62,469 nucleotides of DNA from Victivallales bacterium (lineage in GTDB: Bacteria; Verrucomicrobiota; Lentisphaeria; Victivallales; UBA1829), in NCBI GenBank assembly GCA_045639325.1, contig JAZUCU010000023.1, positions 1 to 62,469 on the forward strand. The letters are read 5' to 3'. Below are positions 42,936 through 52,116 of this stretch, piece after piece. Made by a program: the position numbers and the translations under genes. Each line of letters starts with the position of its first letter. The first letter of the stretch is position 1. Below the pieces are notes generated by a model, which was not told where the DNA came from, did not search any database, and saw nothing but the letters and a program-made list of their open reading frames with translations.

Positions 42936-43307
42936 CGGATACATTTCACCTGGGTATGCAGCAATATCATTTTTTAAACTTGGTCGGTTTGTGAGCGATT
43001 TGCTGAAATATAACGGTTATCAATTAGCACGCTTACTTTTTTATTGTCTATACAATAAAATAAGCGTATTATTAACATATCACATAAAAGATAGAAATGC
43101 AAGTTAAAAAAATACTATTTTAAAAAAAATACGGAATTTTTCCAAAAATATTATTGCAGTATCTGCTTATTTGACGTAATTTTGGCAATAACAAAATAAA
43201 ATAACACAGCTCCTTATTTTACGATATTGATTTATCGTAAAATACATAAGCTGCAAATCGATATTTACGAAAATAGTAATAGTGGATCCGGCAGAAATGC
43301 CATCCAC

Positions 43308-43439
43308 TGCGCCTAGCCCCTTAGGATGGACAACTTTTTCTAAAAGATTGGTGTAAACGTTCTAGTTTTAATATAACCTCTATTTGCAGAATTGCAAGTG
43401 CCGAAATAGACTTCATCCGGAGTTCTGTATCGCAGAGCA
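43308..43439. repeat. ~130-bp repeat 'tgcgcctagcccc..ggacaactttt..tatttgcag..tccggagttctgta'; second copy at 62131-62251
   Basis: About 85% identity between the two copies. It sits directly 3' of the IS3 transposase remnant. Confidence 0.7.
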
Positions 43440-43450
43440 GAGTGAAATCT

Positions 43451-43642
43451 TCAAGTATTGTAGAAATTCACATAGTGCTGCACGCCGAACCGCAGTTGCG
43501 GCAAGCTGACATAATCCTTGATTTTGATATCTTCGTATTTCAAAGCCCACCAGAAACGCTCCATCTTGGCGTTATCCCGGCAACGCCCGCGCCCATCCAT
43601 GCTAATTTGAATGTTGTGCTTTTGTGAAAATCTTCCGTTCAA
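43451..43642 (-). mobile_element. IS3-family transposase (DDE integrase C-terminus) remnant, truncated
   Basis: ISMDGRGRCRDNAKMERFWWALKYEDIKIKDYVSLPQLRFGVQHYVNFYN matches the OrfB C-terminal motif ..SMSRKGNCYDNAxxESFFxxLKxE...YIxxYN. Only ~60 codons remain, with an alternative start codon. Confidence 0.7.
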
Positions 43643-43688
43643 ATGACGGTTAAAAGCCTCTTTTTTGAAAAATTATGGGATATCTGTG
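43626..43688. repeat. Second copy of the 63-bp repeat at 314-376
   Basis: Read directly. Confidence 0.6.
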
Positions 43689-43788
43689 TTTTAAAAATTC
43701 AAATTTTTCTGTTTTGGCAGTTTGACATTTGAAAAATACTGTCTACAGTATCTCATACTGCGTAAATCAACTGGAAAGGACTGCATGC

Positions 43789-45378
43789 ATGAAAAATTTT
43801 TTTCTTTTGTTATTTTCCCTGATTCCATTTCTGGCTCTGACTGCCGGTGAACCCAATGAAAAAAACTGGTCCTGGGCGGTCAACGGGCAAACTCTCCGGA
43901 TTTCTTTCGATCTCCCTGCGGAATATTACGCTTATGCCGGTAATACAGGCCCGGTTCTCATCCCCAAAGCAAAAGCAGTCAAAACTCCGGCTGCCGTCAC
44001 AAAAAAAGACCTTGTGCTGGATGCGGAACAGGAAGTTTACCCAGGCGGCAAAGTCTATACTTGGGAATATGATTTGAAGTCCCTGACTTATCCCCTTTCC
44101 CTCTCTGTGGAATGGCAATTATGCAAAGAACCGGCAAAGAACGGCGGCGAAACAATCTGTCTCCTGCCCGGGAAAGCCGGACTTGCCGTTTTCGAATCCG
44201 CTGCCGATCTGCAGAAACAGAAAGCAGTTACAGAAAATGCAAAATTATCTGCCGTCAAAGAAGAACGTGCAGAAGAAGAAGTGGTGTTCCTGCGCCGATT
44301 CAAAGTCCTGCGCCGGGTCAGCGGATACCAGTCTCCAAAAGAATTGGTTGCTTTCATCCGGGGCGAAAATACAGCCAGCCATTTTTCCTTTGAAGATAAA
44401 GGCGTTCTGATGAGTCTGCTGCTGGCGCTGGTCGGCGGCTTTCTCCTGAATCTGACCCCGTGCGTTCTGCCGTTGATCCCCGTCAATCTCGCCGTCATCG
44501 GCGCCGGTGCGAATAGTCAGAACCAGAAAAAAGAACGGATCCTGCGCGGATGTCTTTACGGTGCGGGGATTGCATTGACTTACGGCATTCTCGGTGCGGT
44601 TGCGGTGTTGACAGGAACCACATTCGGACAACTGGATTCCAGCTGGATTTTTAACGGCATTGCAGGATTGATTTTTCTTCTGCTCGGCCTTGCCATGTTT
44701 GATTTGTTCCGGTTCGATCTTTCCGGCGCGGCGGGGAAATTCCGTATGCCATCCGCCGCCGGCCGCAGCGGTGTATTTCTGATGGGTGCATTGGCAGCAG
44801 TCCTGGCAGGAGCCTGTGTTGCCCCGGTGATTGCGGCAGCATTGGTTCAAGCAGCAAAACTTTCTGCACACGGTAATTATGCCGGATTATGCCTGCCATT
44901 CCTGGTGGGCCTCGGCATGGCATTGCCCTGGCCGTTTGCGGCGGCAGGAATTGCATTTTTCCCGAAACCCGGCGCATGGATGAATCACGTCAAACACGTA
45001 TTGGGAATTTTGATTTTGTGTCTGGCAGCCTATTACGGCTGGATTACCTACAGCCTGTTACGTCCCGCAGCCGACACCGGCGATTGGAAAGGCAGCGTCT
45101 CTTTCCAGCAGATCAACCACGCCCTGACCCGTTCCACTGCGGTAAAGAAACCGATTCTGCTCGATTTCGGTGCTTCCTGGTGCAAAGCCTGCACTTTGAT
45201 GGAAAAGAATTCCTTCCCGCATCCGGACGTACAAAAAGCATTGGAAAACGTGATTTTCCTGAAAGTTCCGGCGGAAAAACCATCCGATCCCGCTACAGCA
45301 GAAATGTTGAATGCGTTTGAAGTGAAAGGATTACCGGAATTGATTCTGATTGAGCCGGATATCCCGCGTAAAAAATAA
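43789..45378 (+). CDS. dsbD: Thiol:disulfide interchange protein DsbD-like (signal peptide, CcdA-type TM core with TM cysteines, C-terminal thioredoxin)
   Basis: TPCVLPLIP and LAGACVAPV membrane cysteines, and a C-terminal thioredoxin GASWCKAC motif. The internal ATG at 43789 has an AAAGGA RBS. Confidence 0.75.
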   Translation: MKNFFLLLFSLIPFLALTAGEPNEKNWSWAVNGQTLRISFDLPAEYYAYAGNTGPVLIPKAKAVKTPAAVTKKDLVLDAEQEVYPGGKVYTWEYDLKSLTYPLSLSVEWQLCKEPAKNGGETICLLPGKAGLAVFESAADLQKQKAVTENAKLSAVKEERAEEEVVFLRRFKVLRRVSGYQSPKELVAFIRGENTASHFSFEDKGVLMSLLLALVGGFLLNLTPCVLPLIPVNLAVIGAGANSQNQKKERILRGCLYGAGIALTYGILGAVAVLTGTTFGQLDSSWIFNGIAGLIFLLLGLAMFDLFRFDLSGAAGKFRMPSAAGRSGVFLMGALAAVLAGACVAPVIAAALVQAAKLSAHGNYAGLCLPFLVGLGMALPWPFAAAGIAFFPKPGAWMNHVKHVLGILILCLAAYYGWITYSLLRPAADTGDWKGSVSFQQINHALTRSTAVKKPILLDFGASWCKACTLMEKNSFPHPDVQKALENVIFLKVPAEKPSDPATAEMLNAFEVKGLPELILIEPDIPRKK

Positions 45379-45394
45379 GCTTTCTGAATTATAC

Positions 45395-45437
45395 GGGAGG
45401 ATTTGTTGCATCATGCATCAAATCCTCCCTTTTTTTT
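45395..45437 (+). terminator. Strong rho-independent terminator after dsbD
   Basis: 'gggaggatttg' / 13-nt loop / 'caaatcctccc', followed by T8. Confidence 0.8.
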
Positions 45438-45489
45438 AGCTATTTTCACATTTTTCTTTATTTTTCTTTATTTTTTATTATTTTTCGAT

Positions 45490-45518
45490 TTGACTTTTAT
45501 TTTTTTATACTGTATATT
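45490..45518 (+). promoter_or_regulatory. Near-consensus sigma70-type promoter TTGACT-N17-TATATT in an AT-rich leader of the 45570 operon
   Basis: -35 at 45490-45495 and -10 at 45513-45518. RBS GGAAAGGAG at 45556-45564. Confidence 0.5.
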
Positions 45519-45569
45519 ATTCGTGAAATAATATTAAGGATATAAAAAAATAATTGGAAAGGAGAAAAA

Positions 45570-45902
45570 ATGGATATAAAATTCTATTCTCTGGAAGAAG
45601 TGGCAGACCTTTTTGGCGTCAATTATCAATTGGTCTATAAATTGGTAAAATCAGGCGAATTGCCGTCTGTACGAATCGGCAAAGTATACCGAGTATCAGC
45701 GGCACAGCTGAAAGAATATATGGATCGGCAGAGCCAGGGCAGTCCTGCATCCGGCGTAACAGAATACATTTGCAGCAGCTGTGGGAAAAAATATTATAGT
45801 GCCTTATCGATATCCGGACAATGCAAAGATTGCAGTGCACCGCTGTGCAAAGTATGCGTGGAACACAAACACATCCAATATTGCGAAATTCATCAGAAAT
45901 GA
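45570..45902 (+). CDS. Excisionase/MerR-type HTH (HTH_17) DNA-binding protein with C-terminal Cys-rich zinc-binding tail
   Basis: LEEVADLFGVNYQLVYKLVKSGELPSVRIGKVYRV matches the excisionase-family HTH. C-terminal CxxC...CxxC...CxxC...CxxH. Confidence 0.6.
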   Translation: MDIKFYSLEEVADLFGVNYQLVYKLVKSGELPSVRIGKVYRVSAAQLKEYMDRQSQGSPASGVTEYICSSCGKKYYSALSISGQCKDCSAPLCKVCVEHKHIQYCEIHQK

Positions 45903-45924
45903 TATATGACAGGAGGAAATAAAA

Positions 45925-47802
45925 ATGATCGACAACTGGTTTACTAACAAATGTATGACGCTGGTCGGTGCGAATGGCAGAGCCCTTGCAGGAGAAGCAT
46001 TGGAATTGGCGGAACTGGCATTGCAGGAAGTCAAAGCTGCCAATCACAAAGTCTGGACAGACCGGAATGGTAATTTTTACCACAAAGAACGCAGTCTGTT
46101 CGCATCCGCTCACCCTGTCATGGATCAAAATGGGAATCAGGTCCGGATTTGCGGACGGCTTGTAAAATTCAAAGCAAAATTCTGCAGCAAATGCGGCGGC
46201 ACTGCTCCGGGCAGCTGGTGGAGATGCGGCGGATGCGGCAAAATGATCGGCAGCGAATCCCACACATGTCCTCATTGCGGCAGAGCACAAAATCTGATTG
46301 TCCGCCTGGATCTGACAAACGGCTGCTGGAGAAAAGATGAAGAAATATTTGCAGAACGCTTTGAACTGAACGATATTGCCTCTTTGATCCCCATCGGCCT
46401 GGACGTGCAGGAAAGCCAGAAAGCCATTATTCTCGAAGGTGGCGCTGTGGTCGATGTATTGGATGCCGGCCATTACCCGCTTCCGGATCTCACCAACAAG
46501 GAAGGCGGCGAAAAAAGCGTGGTCATGGTCGACAATGCGGAATTCATCATTCCTGTTAAAGTGGAACAGATTCTGACAAAAGACGACATTGAATCCGATC
46601 TCCATACCGTGATCGTTTTGCGTTTCGCCCCCGCAAAAGCAGAACAATTCATGTGCAATCTGATGGGCAGTGCACTGTACCTGAAAGATGATGCGCTGAC
46701 TGCATCTCTGGGATATGATGAAATTGCACACTGCATTCTTGCGGAAGTCGATGGCGCAGCAAGAGAATTTTGTAACAATACAACGGTTGCCGATCTTTTC
46801 CGTGATGCCGCCACCCGGATCAATCTGGAAAATCACATTGCAAACCGCTTGAAACGTAATATGGATGCCATGGGTATGAGCTTCGTACGACTGAAAGAAG
46901 TCGAATTTGAATCAGAAGTCTTCACCCGCCTCCGCAATATGTCCGGACAGATTGAAATCAAACGCAAAGAAATCGAATTCATGCAGCGTGCCGATGAGCT
47001 TGCCAACGATGCAACCCGTCGGGAAGCCATGAGTGAGCACGAAATGGAAGAATTCATGAAGCAGCTTGCTCAGGAAAAGACCATCAAGGATGATTTGCGT
47101 GCGCAGGAACTCGAACGCATGAGAGTACTCTGGCAGAGACAGAAAGATAAAGAAATCATTTCTCATGAACATGATTTGAATGATCTGACACAGGAAAGAC
47201 AGCACGAATATGATCGCACAGAAGCCAAATTCAAGCACGAAATGCTGGATTTGGATCACAGTAAAGCCATCGAACGCCGTATCAATGAACATAAAGGAAA
47301 TCTGGAATACGAACAGATTGAAAGTCAAATCCAGACCATCAGAATTGACGTTCAGAGAAAAAAAGTTGCCGCAGAACACGAAGCGGCTGCCGGTTGGCTG
47401 AAACTCAAACAGGATAAAAAAGCATTCGACCACAAATTGAAGTTGGAAATGCTCAAAGAAGCGGATAACGTCAACATTCAGGCCTTGCTGATGGCAGAAG
47501 AAGATTCCGATAAACGACGCGACCTGCTTGCTCTGTTTGAATTGCAGCAGCAGACCAAGATGACTCCGGAACTTCTCCTCGCGGCCGCCGCTGCACGGGG
47601 TAATGCCGCTGCCGCAGAAGCTCTGACACATATGGATCAATCCAAACTGGATGCTCTGGAACGGTTCAAGAATGAAAATAAAGCCGTTTATGAACAGATG
47701 CTTCAGATGAGCGAACGCATGTTCAATCAGGCTCTTGACAAAATGGCTCAGACCCGCGATAATTCCCAAAACAATAATTTAACTGCACAGATTATTAAGT
47801 GA
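45925..47802 (+). CDS. Double-zinc-ribbon plus SPFH/Band-7 (flotillin-like) domain protein with long EA-rich coiled coil
   Basis: CSKCGG..CGGCGK..CPHCGR ribbons. SPFH-like core (AIILEGGAVVDVLDAGHY ... MGMSFVRLKEVEFESEV). Flotillin-like coiled coil ending LLAAAAARGNAAAAEAL. Confidence 0.55.
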   Translation: MIDNWFTNKCMTLVGANGRALAGEALELAELALQEVKAANHKVWTDRNGNFYHKERSLFASAHPVMDQNGNQVRICGRLVKFKAKFCSKCGGTAPGSWWRCGGCGKMIGSESHTCPHCGRAQNLIVRLDLTNGCWRKDEEIFAERFELNDIASLIPIGLDVQESQKAIILEGGAVVDVLDAGHYPLPDLTNKEGGEKSVVMVDNAEFIIPVKVEQILTKDDIESDLHTVIVLRFAPAKAEQFMCNLMGSALYLKDDALTASLGYDEIAHCILAEVDGAAREFCNNTTVADLFRDAATRINLENHIANRLKRNMDAMGMSFVRLKEVEFESEVFTRLRNMSGQIEIKRKEIEFMQRADELANDATRREAMSEHEMEEFMKQLAQEKTIKDDLRAQELERMRVLWQRQKDKEIISHEHDLNDLTQERQHEYDRTEAKFKHEMLDLDHSKAIERRINEHKGNLEYEQIESQIQTIRIDVQRKKVAAEHEAAAGWLKLKQDKKAFDHKLKLEMLKEADNVNIQALLMAEEDSDKRRDLLALFELQQQTKMTPELLLAAAAARGNAAAAEALTHMDQSKLDALERFKNENKAVYEQMLQMSERMFNQALDKMAQTRDNSQNNNLTAQIIK

Positions 47803-47812
47803 GGCAGCTATA

Positions 47813-49342
47813 ATGATAATAAAATGTCCCAACTGCTCAAACGAAGTTGAATTTATTCCGGGTGAATGTGAATTCTGCCCGGAATGTGGCAGCGATCTGA
47901 CCGTGCAGGAACAACAGCAACAGGCAACCGATGTTCCACAACAGGAAACCGCCTGCGTGCAAAACAAAGAAGCGGAAGAAACATTTTCCGATCAGGATAC
48001 CATTGCAGCACTGATGGCGAAACTTGCCGAACTGAAGGCTGACAAATCCCGGCAGACCTCCCGCCCTGTTGAAAAAGAAGAAAACTGGGATTTATCTGCA
48101 AAATCAAAAATGATTGCGGATGATATTGATTCCTTTGATATTTTCAGCACTTCTTCCAGCACATGCAAGCAGCTGAAAGTGGAATACAACCACAATCTCC
48201 ATTTCTTAACTGGATCTCAGGCCGTTATCCAGCTCAGACTGACTCCCCTTGATGATCAGCTGAAAGATTTGATGATCTTTATGGAGACAGAACGGAATGG
48301 CGACCATACAAGACGTCAGATTCCGATCCGGGAAATATTGAGAAAAAACCGTTCCTTCTCGCTGCAGATCCCCTTCAATCCGGAAAATACATTCGGTAAA
48401 GCATTTTTTATATTTTACATCGGCTGCAAAATTGATAAAACATTCAAGTATTATCAGTTCTCCGTAAATCACACAGTATACGATTCCAAGCAGTCCGGAA
48501 ATGCTATTATCAAGGACATCACGATCAATCAGGAGTTCTCCGCCCAGCATGCCGCAGATATCAATTACCGCGATAACTTCGGCGAGGCAATGAAGAAATT
48601 GGCGGATAAAAACCTGACCGTCAACGAACTGATCGACCGCTTGAATGCCATGCCGCCCAATTTCTGCGAACAGGATCTCATTGAAACAACGTGGAGACCC
48701 GAGGATATACTTGTCAAAGGCAATTTATACCGCGCCGATAAACTCATTCTTGAGTACGAAGGCAAGTCATTAATCCTCATCAATAAACCGAAAGTGGTCT
48801 TCGGCAGAGACCGGAACCAGGCCGACCTGCTTGTCCGATGCGGACAGGGTAAACTCGGGCAGATGGAATACCCCAATTCCACCGTCAGCAGAAAACATGC
48901 AGAAATTCTTTATTGCGATGACACCGTAAAGCTCTTCGATCACAGTTCTTACGGAACCTATATCAACGGGAAAAAACCCGATGGCCCCGGTATTCCGTTA
49001 GCTCTGACTGCAAATGTTGAATTCGGCGACATCTGCTGGGAAATGAATATACAGCAATGTGCAGGCCGGGTGCCGCACAATATCTGCCAGACATGTACGG
49101 CAAATAAAGTCAAATCGGTCACCTTCAAAAGAAAAGATAAGGAACCGGAATATTATCTGCTGATCTGGCAATGCTGTGAGCTCGGCAGATTGATCGAAGA
49201 TTTGACCGACTGGACCATTTTTACCAGAGATGATTCATTCTTTATCCGGACGCCGGACCAGGATTTCCACTATTTGCGCCCCGGTCAACCCATTACTTAC
49301 AACAACAAAACTTTTAACGTAAAATATTTTTATCAAGCTTAA
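47813..49342 (+). CDS. Zinc-ribbon plus FHA domain protein
   Basis: N-terminal CPNCSNEV...CPECGS. C-terminal FHA pattern VVFGRDRNQADLLV...VSRKHAEILYCDDTVKLFDHSSYGTYINGKK. Confidence 0.65.
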   Translation: MIIKCPNCSNEVEFIPGECEFCPECGSDLTVQEQQQQATDVPQQETACVQNKEAEETFSDQDTIAALMAKLAELKADKSRQTSRPVEKEENWDLSAKSKMIADDIDSFDIFSTSSSTCKQLKVEYNHNLHFLTGSQAVIQLRLTPLDDQLKDLMIFMETERNGDHTRRQIPIREILRKNRSFSLQIPFNPENTFGKAFFIFYIGCKIDKTFKYYQFSVNHTVYDSKQSGNAIIKDITINQEFSAQHAADINYRDNFGEAMKKLADKNLTVNELIDRLNAMPPNFCEQDLIETTWRPEDILVKGNLYRADKLILEYEGKSLILINKPKVVFGRDRNQADLLVRCGQGKLGQMEYPNSTVSRKHAEILYCDDTVKLFDHSSYGTYINGKKPDGPGIPLALTANVEFGDICWEMNIQQCAGRVPHNICQTCTANKVKSVTFKRKDKEPEYYLLIWQCCELGRLIEDLTDWTIFTRDDSFFIRTPDQDFHYLRPGQPITYNNKTFNVKYFYQA

Positions 49343-49357
49343 GAAAGGAAGACAACA

Positions 49358-50095
49358 ATGAAAAAAAATCTGTTTCTCAGCACCATCTGCATGGCCGTTT
49401 TTATGCTCCTGCAGGGCTGCACTCTGGTAACACCTCAACCTCTTTCCAATGACAATGCCCGGGGAGTTCCGGTTCCCATGCATACGTATGGAAATATTAC
49501 TCTGTTCGAAGAATTGCGCGCACCTCTGCAAGTCTCCGTAACAACCGAAGATCCCGCCTTAATCAATACCATGCGGAAATATCTGCAACAGTCTGATATC
49601 AATTGCGCAGCACCCGGTGCTCCCTTTGACATCCGGGTCAATATCAATTCCATGTATCACGAATTGACTCCGGCTCCGAAATGCCGTCTTTCCAACACCA
49701 CAATCATTTCTGTGTCTGCCCCCGACGGCACAAAGATTTCAAAAGACTGGAAACAGAAAACGGTAAATCAGCAGGGATTCGCAACGGCTGAAATTGCAAA
49801 AGCAAAACTCAAACCCATGATTGCAAAAAATATCAAACTGTGGGAACAGAATTATTTCCGCAAAGAAGCCGGTGGCCGTTTGAATGTCGCAGTCCTGCGT
49901 TTCAAAATGTCAAAAGCCTGGATCGAACTCAACCCGATCCAGTTTGAAAAAGATATTATGAAAGTCAATAAACATCTGCGCAAAATCAAGAATGTCGCCG
50001 ATGTACGTATGATCGAAGTCGATAAAAAATCCAGAATTGTCTCATTCCGCATTCTCTGCATCGATCACGTCAATTTCAAAAACGCTCTCAAATAA
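49358..50095 (+). CDS. Lipoprotein of unknown function
   Basis: Lipobox LLQGC. No recognisable domain. Confidence 0.5.
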   Translation: MKKNLFLSTICMAVFMLLQGCTLVTPQPLSNDNARGVPVPMHTYGNITLFEELRAPLQVSVTTEDPALINTMRKYLQQSDINCAAPGAPFDIRVNINSMYHELTPAPKCRLSNTTIISVSAPDGTKISKDWKQKTVNQQGFATAEIAKAKLKPMIAKNIKLWEQNYFRKEAGGRLNVAVLRFKMSKAWIELNPIQFEKDIMKVNKHLRKIKNVADVRMIEVDKKSRIVSFRILCIDHVNFKNALK

Positions 50096-50125
50096 AATTA
50101 AGATAACAAAGAAGGAAACACGAAT

Positions 50126-50917
50126 ATGAAGAAAATCAATTTACTTTTTGCCGCTGCAGCTCTCACATTCTGCTTCGGATGTGGCGGAGATATCACCGTC
50201 GAGCCCCAGCCCACACTCCCACCGCTGCCGCCCGCTCCTGCACCCGTCACCATAACAACGCAGGCAGATGCTAATTTCACGGTTGCAAGTGAAACCAATA
50301 CAAAACTGCGTGCAGATTTCAAATGGAACAACTCCGAAGCGAATTTCAGCTGTAAACTGGCTGAACGTCTTGCGGATCAAATTGTGATTCAGAATGCAGA
50401 TCTCACCATGAATGGTAAATGCGATGTAACAATTATCATCATGCCCGAATTCGAATTGAAAGATAAAACCGGCAATTATTACCGCATTAACTGCAATCAG
50501 ATCAAGGTCTCTCTGGTCATGGCGCAGAAAACCGGTGCTATAAAAGTTATCGAACTCAAACCGATGCCCCGTAAACTGGGAATCGAACAGGCGAAAAATC
50601 AGTACCTCACCCCGGCTGTTAAAAAACTCGTCCCGTTCCTGCGCAAGGAATTGACAAGACTCAGCAATGAAGAGGTCGCCGTCGGCATCGTAAATTTTGC
50701 TCTGGCTAACATTCAGGAACAGCCCTCCTCTGAAAAAGTTGCCAAAGAAGTTGAAAGAATTGCCGATATTATGAAAAATATGAACGGAATCATCAACTAC
50801 ACTGTGATCCGGCAGGATGTGAACAAAGCACAATGCACATACCGGGTGGTTTACCTGAGAGAAAAATTCCCCCAGGGACTCAGAAACGCTCTCAACTTGA
50901 AACTTGCCAACAAATAA
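50126..50917 (+). CDS. Lipoprotein of unknown function
   Basis: Lipobox CFGCGG, followed by a Pro-rich linker. Confidence 0.5.
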   Translation: MKKINLLFAAAALTFCFGCGGDITVEPQPTLPPLPPAPAPVTITTQADANFTVASETNTKLRADFKWNNSEANFSCKLAERLADQIVIQNADLTMNGKCDVTIIIMPEFELKDKTGNYYRINCNQIKVSLVMAQKTGAIKVIELKPMPRKLGIEQAKNQYLTPAVKKLVPFLRKELTRLSNEEVAVGIVNFALANIQEQPSSEKVAKEVERIADIMKNMNGIINYTVIRQDVNKAQCTYRVVYLREKFPQGLRNALNLKLANK

Positions 50918-50932
50918 CATAAAACGGAGATT

Positions 50933-52093
50933 TTGAAAATGAAAAAGTTTTTTATTACTCTTGCAGCATTCATCTTGACGGCTGCCGCCGCATTCGCCAA
51001 TGATGAAAAGATTATTACGGATGAAGATATCAGACAGGCCATTTACGGTGCTTTGGATAAAGCCGCCGCTGAACTGAAAAACGCAAACCTGGGCAAAGCT
51101 CCCATTGCTGTTTACGCATCAAAACAATATCAGATGATCCTTTCCGGTCGTCTCAAAACCATGCTGAACAATGCCGGTTATACCTGCATCGAAGAAAAAG
51201 ATGATCCTTTCTGGAATGAATTGATCAACCGGATCGAATGGAATGAACGCAAAGAAGATATCCTTGATCCGACAACCATTATGAAATTCGGTAAATTGAA
51301 AGCCGCAAAAGTCCTCTTCCAGTGCTATATCCGCCACATCGATAAAAACTCCGATCGCGTATATGTGGAACTCGATTTGCGTGCAACTGAAATCAATACT
51401 GCTAAAAACCTCTGGAGCACAACAGTCTCTCACCGCCACTATATCGGCGAAAAAGTCCAGGGTATCGTTGCCATTGATAATAATCTGGCTGAACTCCTTA
51501 AAAAGAATTTCCAATTCGCTCATCAGTCTCTGATTTCCCAGTTCTACACCGAAAAACTCAAAAATGTCAGAAATATTGCCGTGATTCCTCTCAGCGGCGA
51601 TGTCGCTTCCTACCTCACGCAGTTGACGATCGAAATGATCTCACGCACAAAATATCTCCCGAAACATTCCCCCATCCCCTCTCTGGCAGAAGCACGTATT
51701 GCCGTACGTGACAAACAGCTGGGCAGCGATGCCATCTGCTTCGGTTCTGTCCGTTCCCTCCATACAACAAGACCCGTTGAAACAATCCAGTATGAGAAAA
51801 AAACAATGGTCTACTCATGGAATGTTGTTGCTGATATCCAGATTTTTATCGAAGACACCAAAGGAAACATTCTCTGGAGTGCTGCAATCCGCCTGAATGA
51901 ACCTGTTGTATCAGAAAGAGCAATGACCCCAGATGAAATTAAAAAATATGCTCCTTCCAGTATCATGGTATGGTTTTACAATAACTGGGGACTCTGTTTG
52001 CTGATCGCAGGCGGCTTTGTTGGCGCAATTGTCCTTATCATCTGCCTCACCATTGCATTCAAAGCGATTATCCTTTACAATCACGTAAGATAA
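50933..52093 (+). CDS. Secreted protein with two CsgG/LpoB-like repeats and a C-terminal TM anchor
   Basis: Signal peptide, then IAVYASKQYQ... and IAVIPLSGDVASYLTQL... repeats. C-terminal WGLCLLIAGGFVGAIVLIICLTIAF. Confidence 0.4.
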   Translation: MKMKKFFITLAAFILTAAAAFANDEKIITDEDIRQAIYGALDKAAAELKNANLGKAPIAVYASKQYQMILSGRLKTMLNNAGYTCIEEKDDPFWNELINRIEWNERKEDILDPTTIMKFGKLKAAKVLFQCYIRHIDKNSDRVYVELDLRATEINTAKNLWSTTVSHRHYIGEKVQGIVAIDNNLAELLKKNFQFAHQSLISQFYTEKLKNVRNIAVIPLSGDVASYLTQLTIEMISRTKYLPKHSPIPSLAEARIAVRDKQLGSDAICFGSVRSLHTTRPVETIQYEKKTMVYSWNVVADIQIFIEDTKGNILWSAAIRLNEPVVSERAMTPDEIKKYAPSSIMVWFYNNWGLCLLIAGGFVGAIVLIICLTIAFKAIILYNHVR

Positions 52094-52116
52094 CAACAAC
52101 TCCGGGGGCCCTGATA

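Noticed and set aside
43628-43650. tRNA T-loop-like 'ccgTTCAAATgacgg'
   Set aside because: It lies inside the transposase remnant/repeat, with no acceptor stem or anticodon arm. It is not a tRNA.
45619-46836. 405-aa minus-strand ORF overlapping the HTH and SPFH genes
   Set aside because: It is antisense to two well-supported genes, has no motifs, and is Cys/Phe-rich in a way typical of shadow frames.
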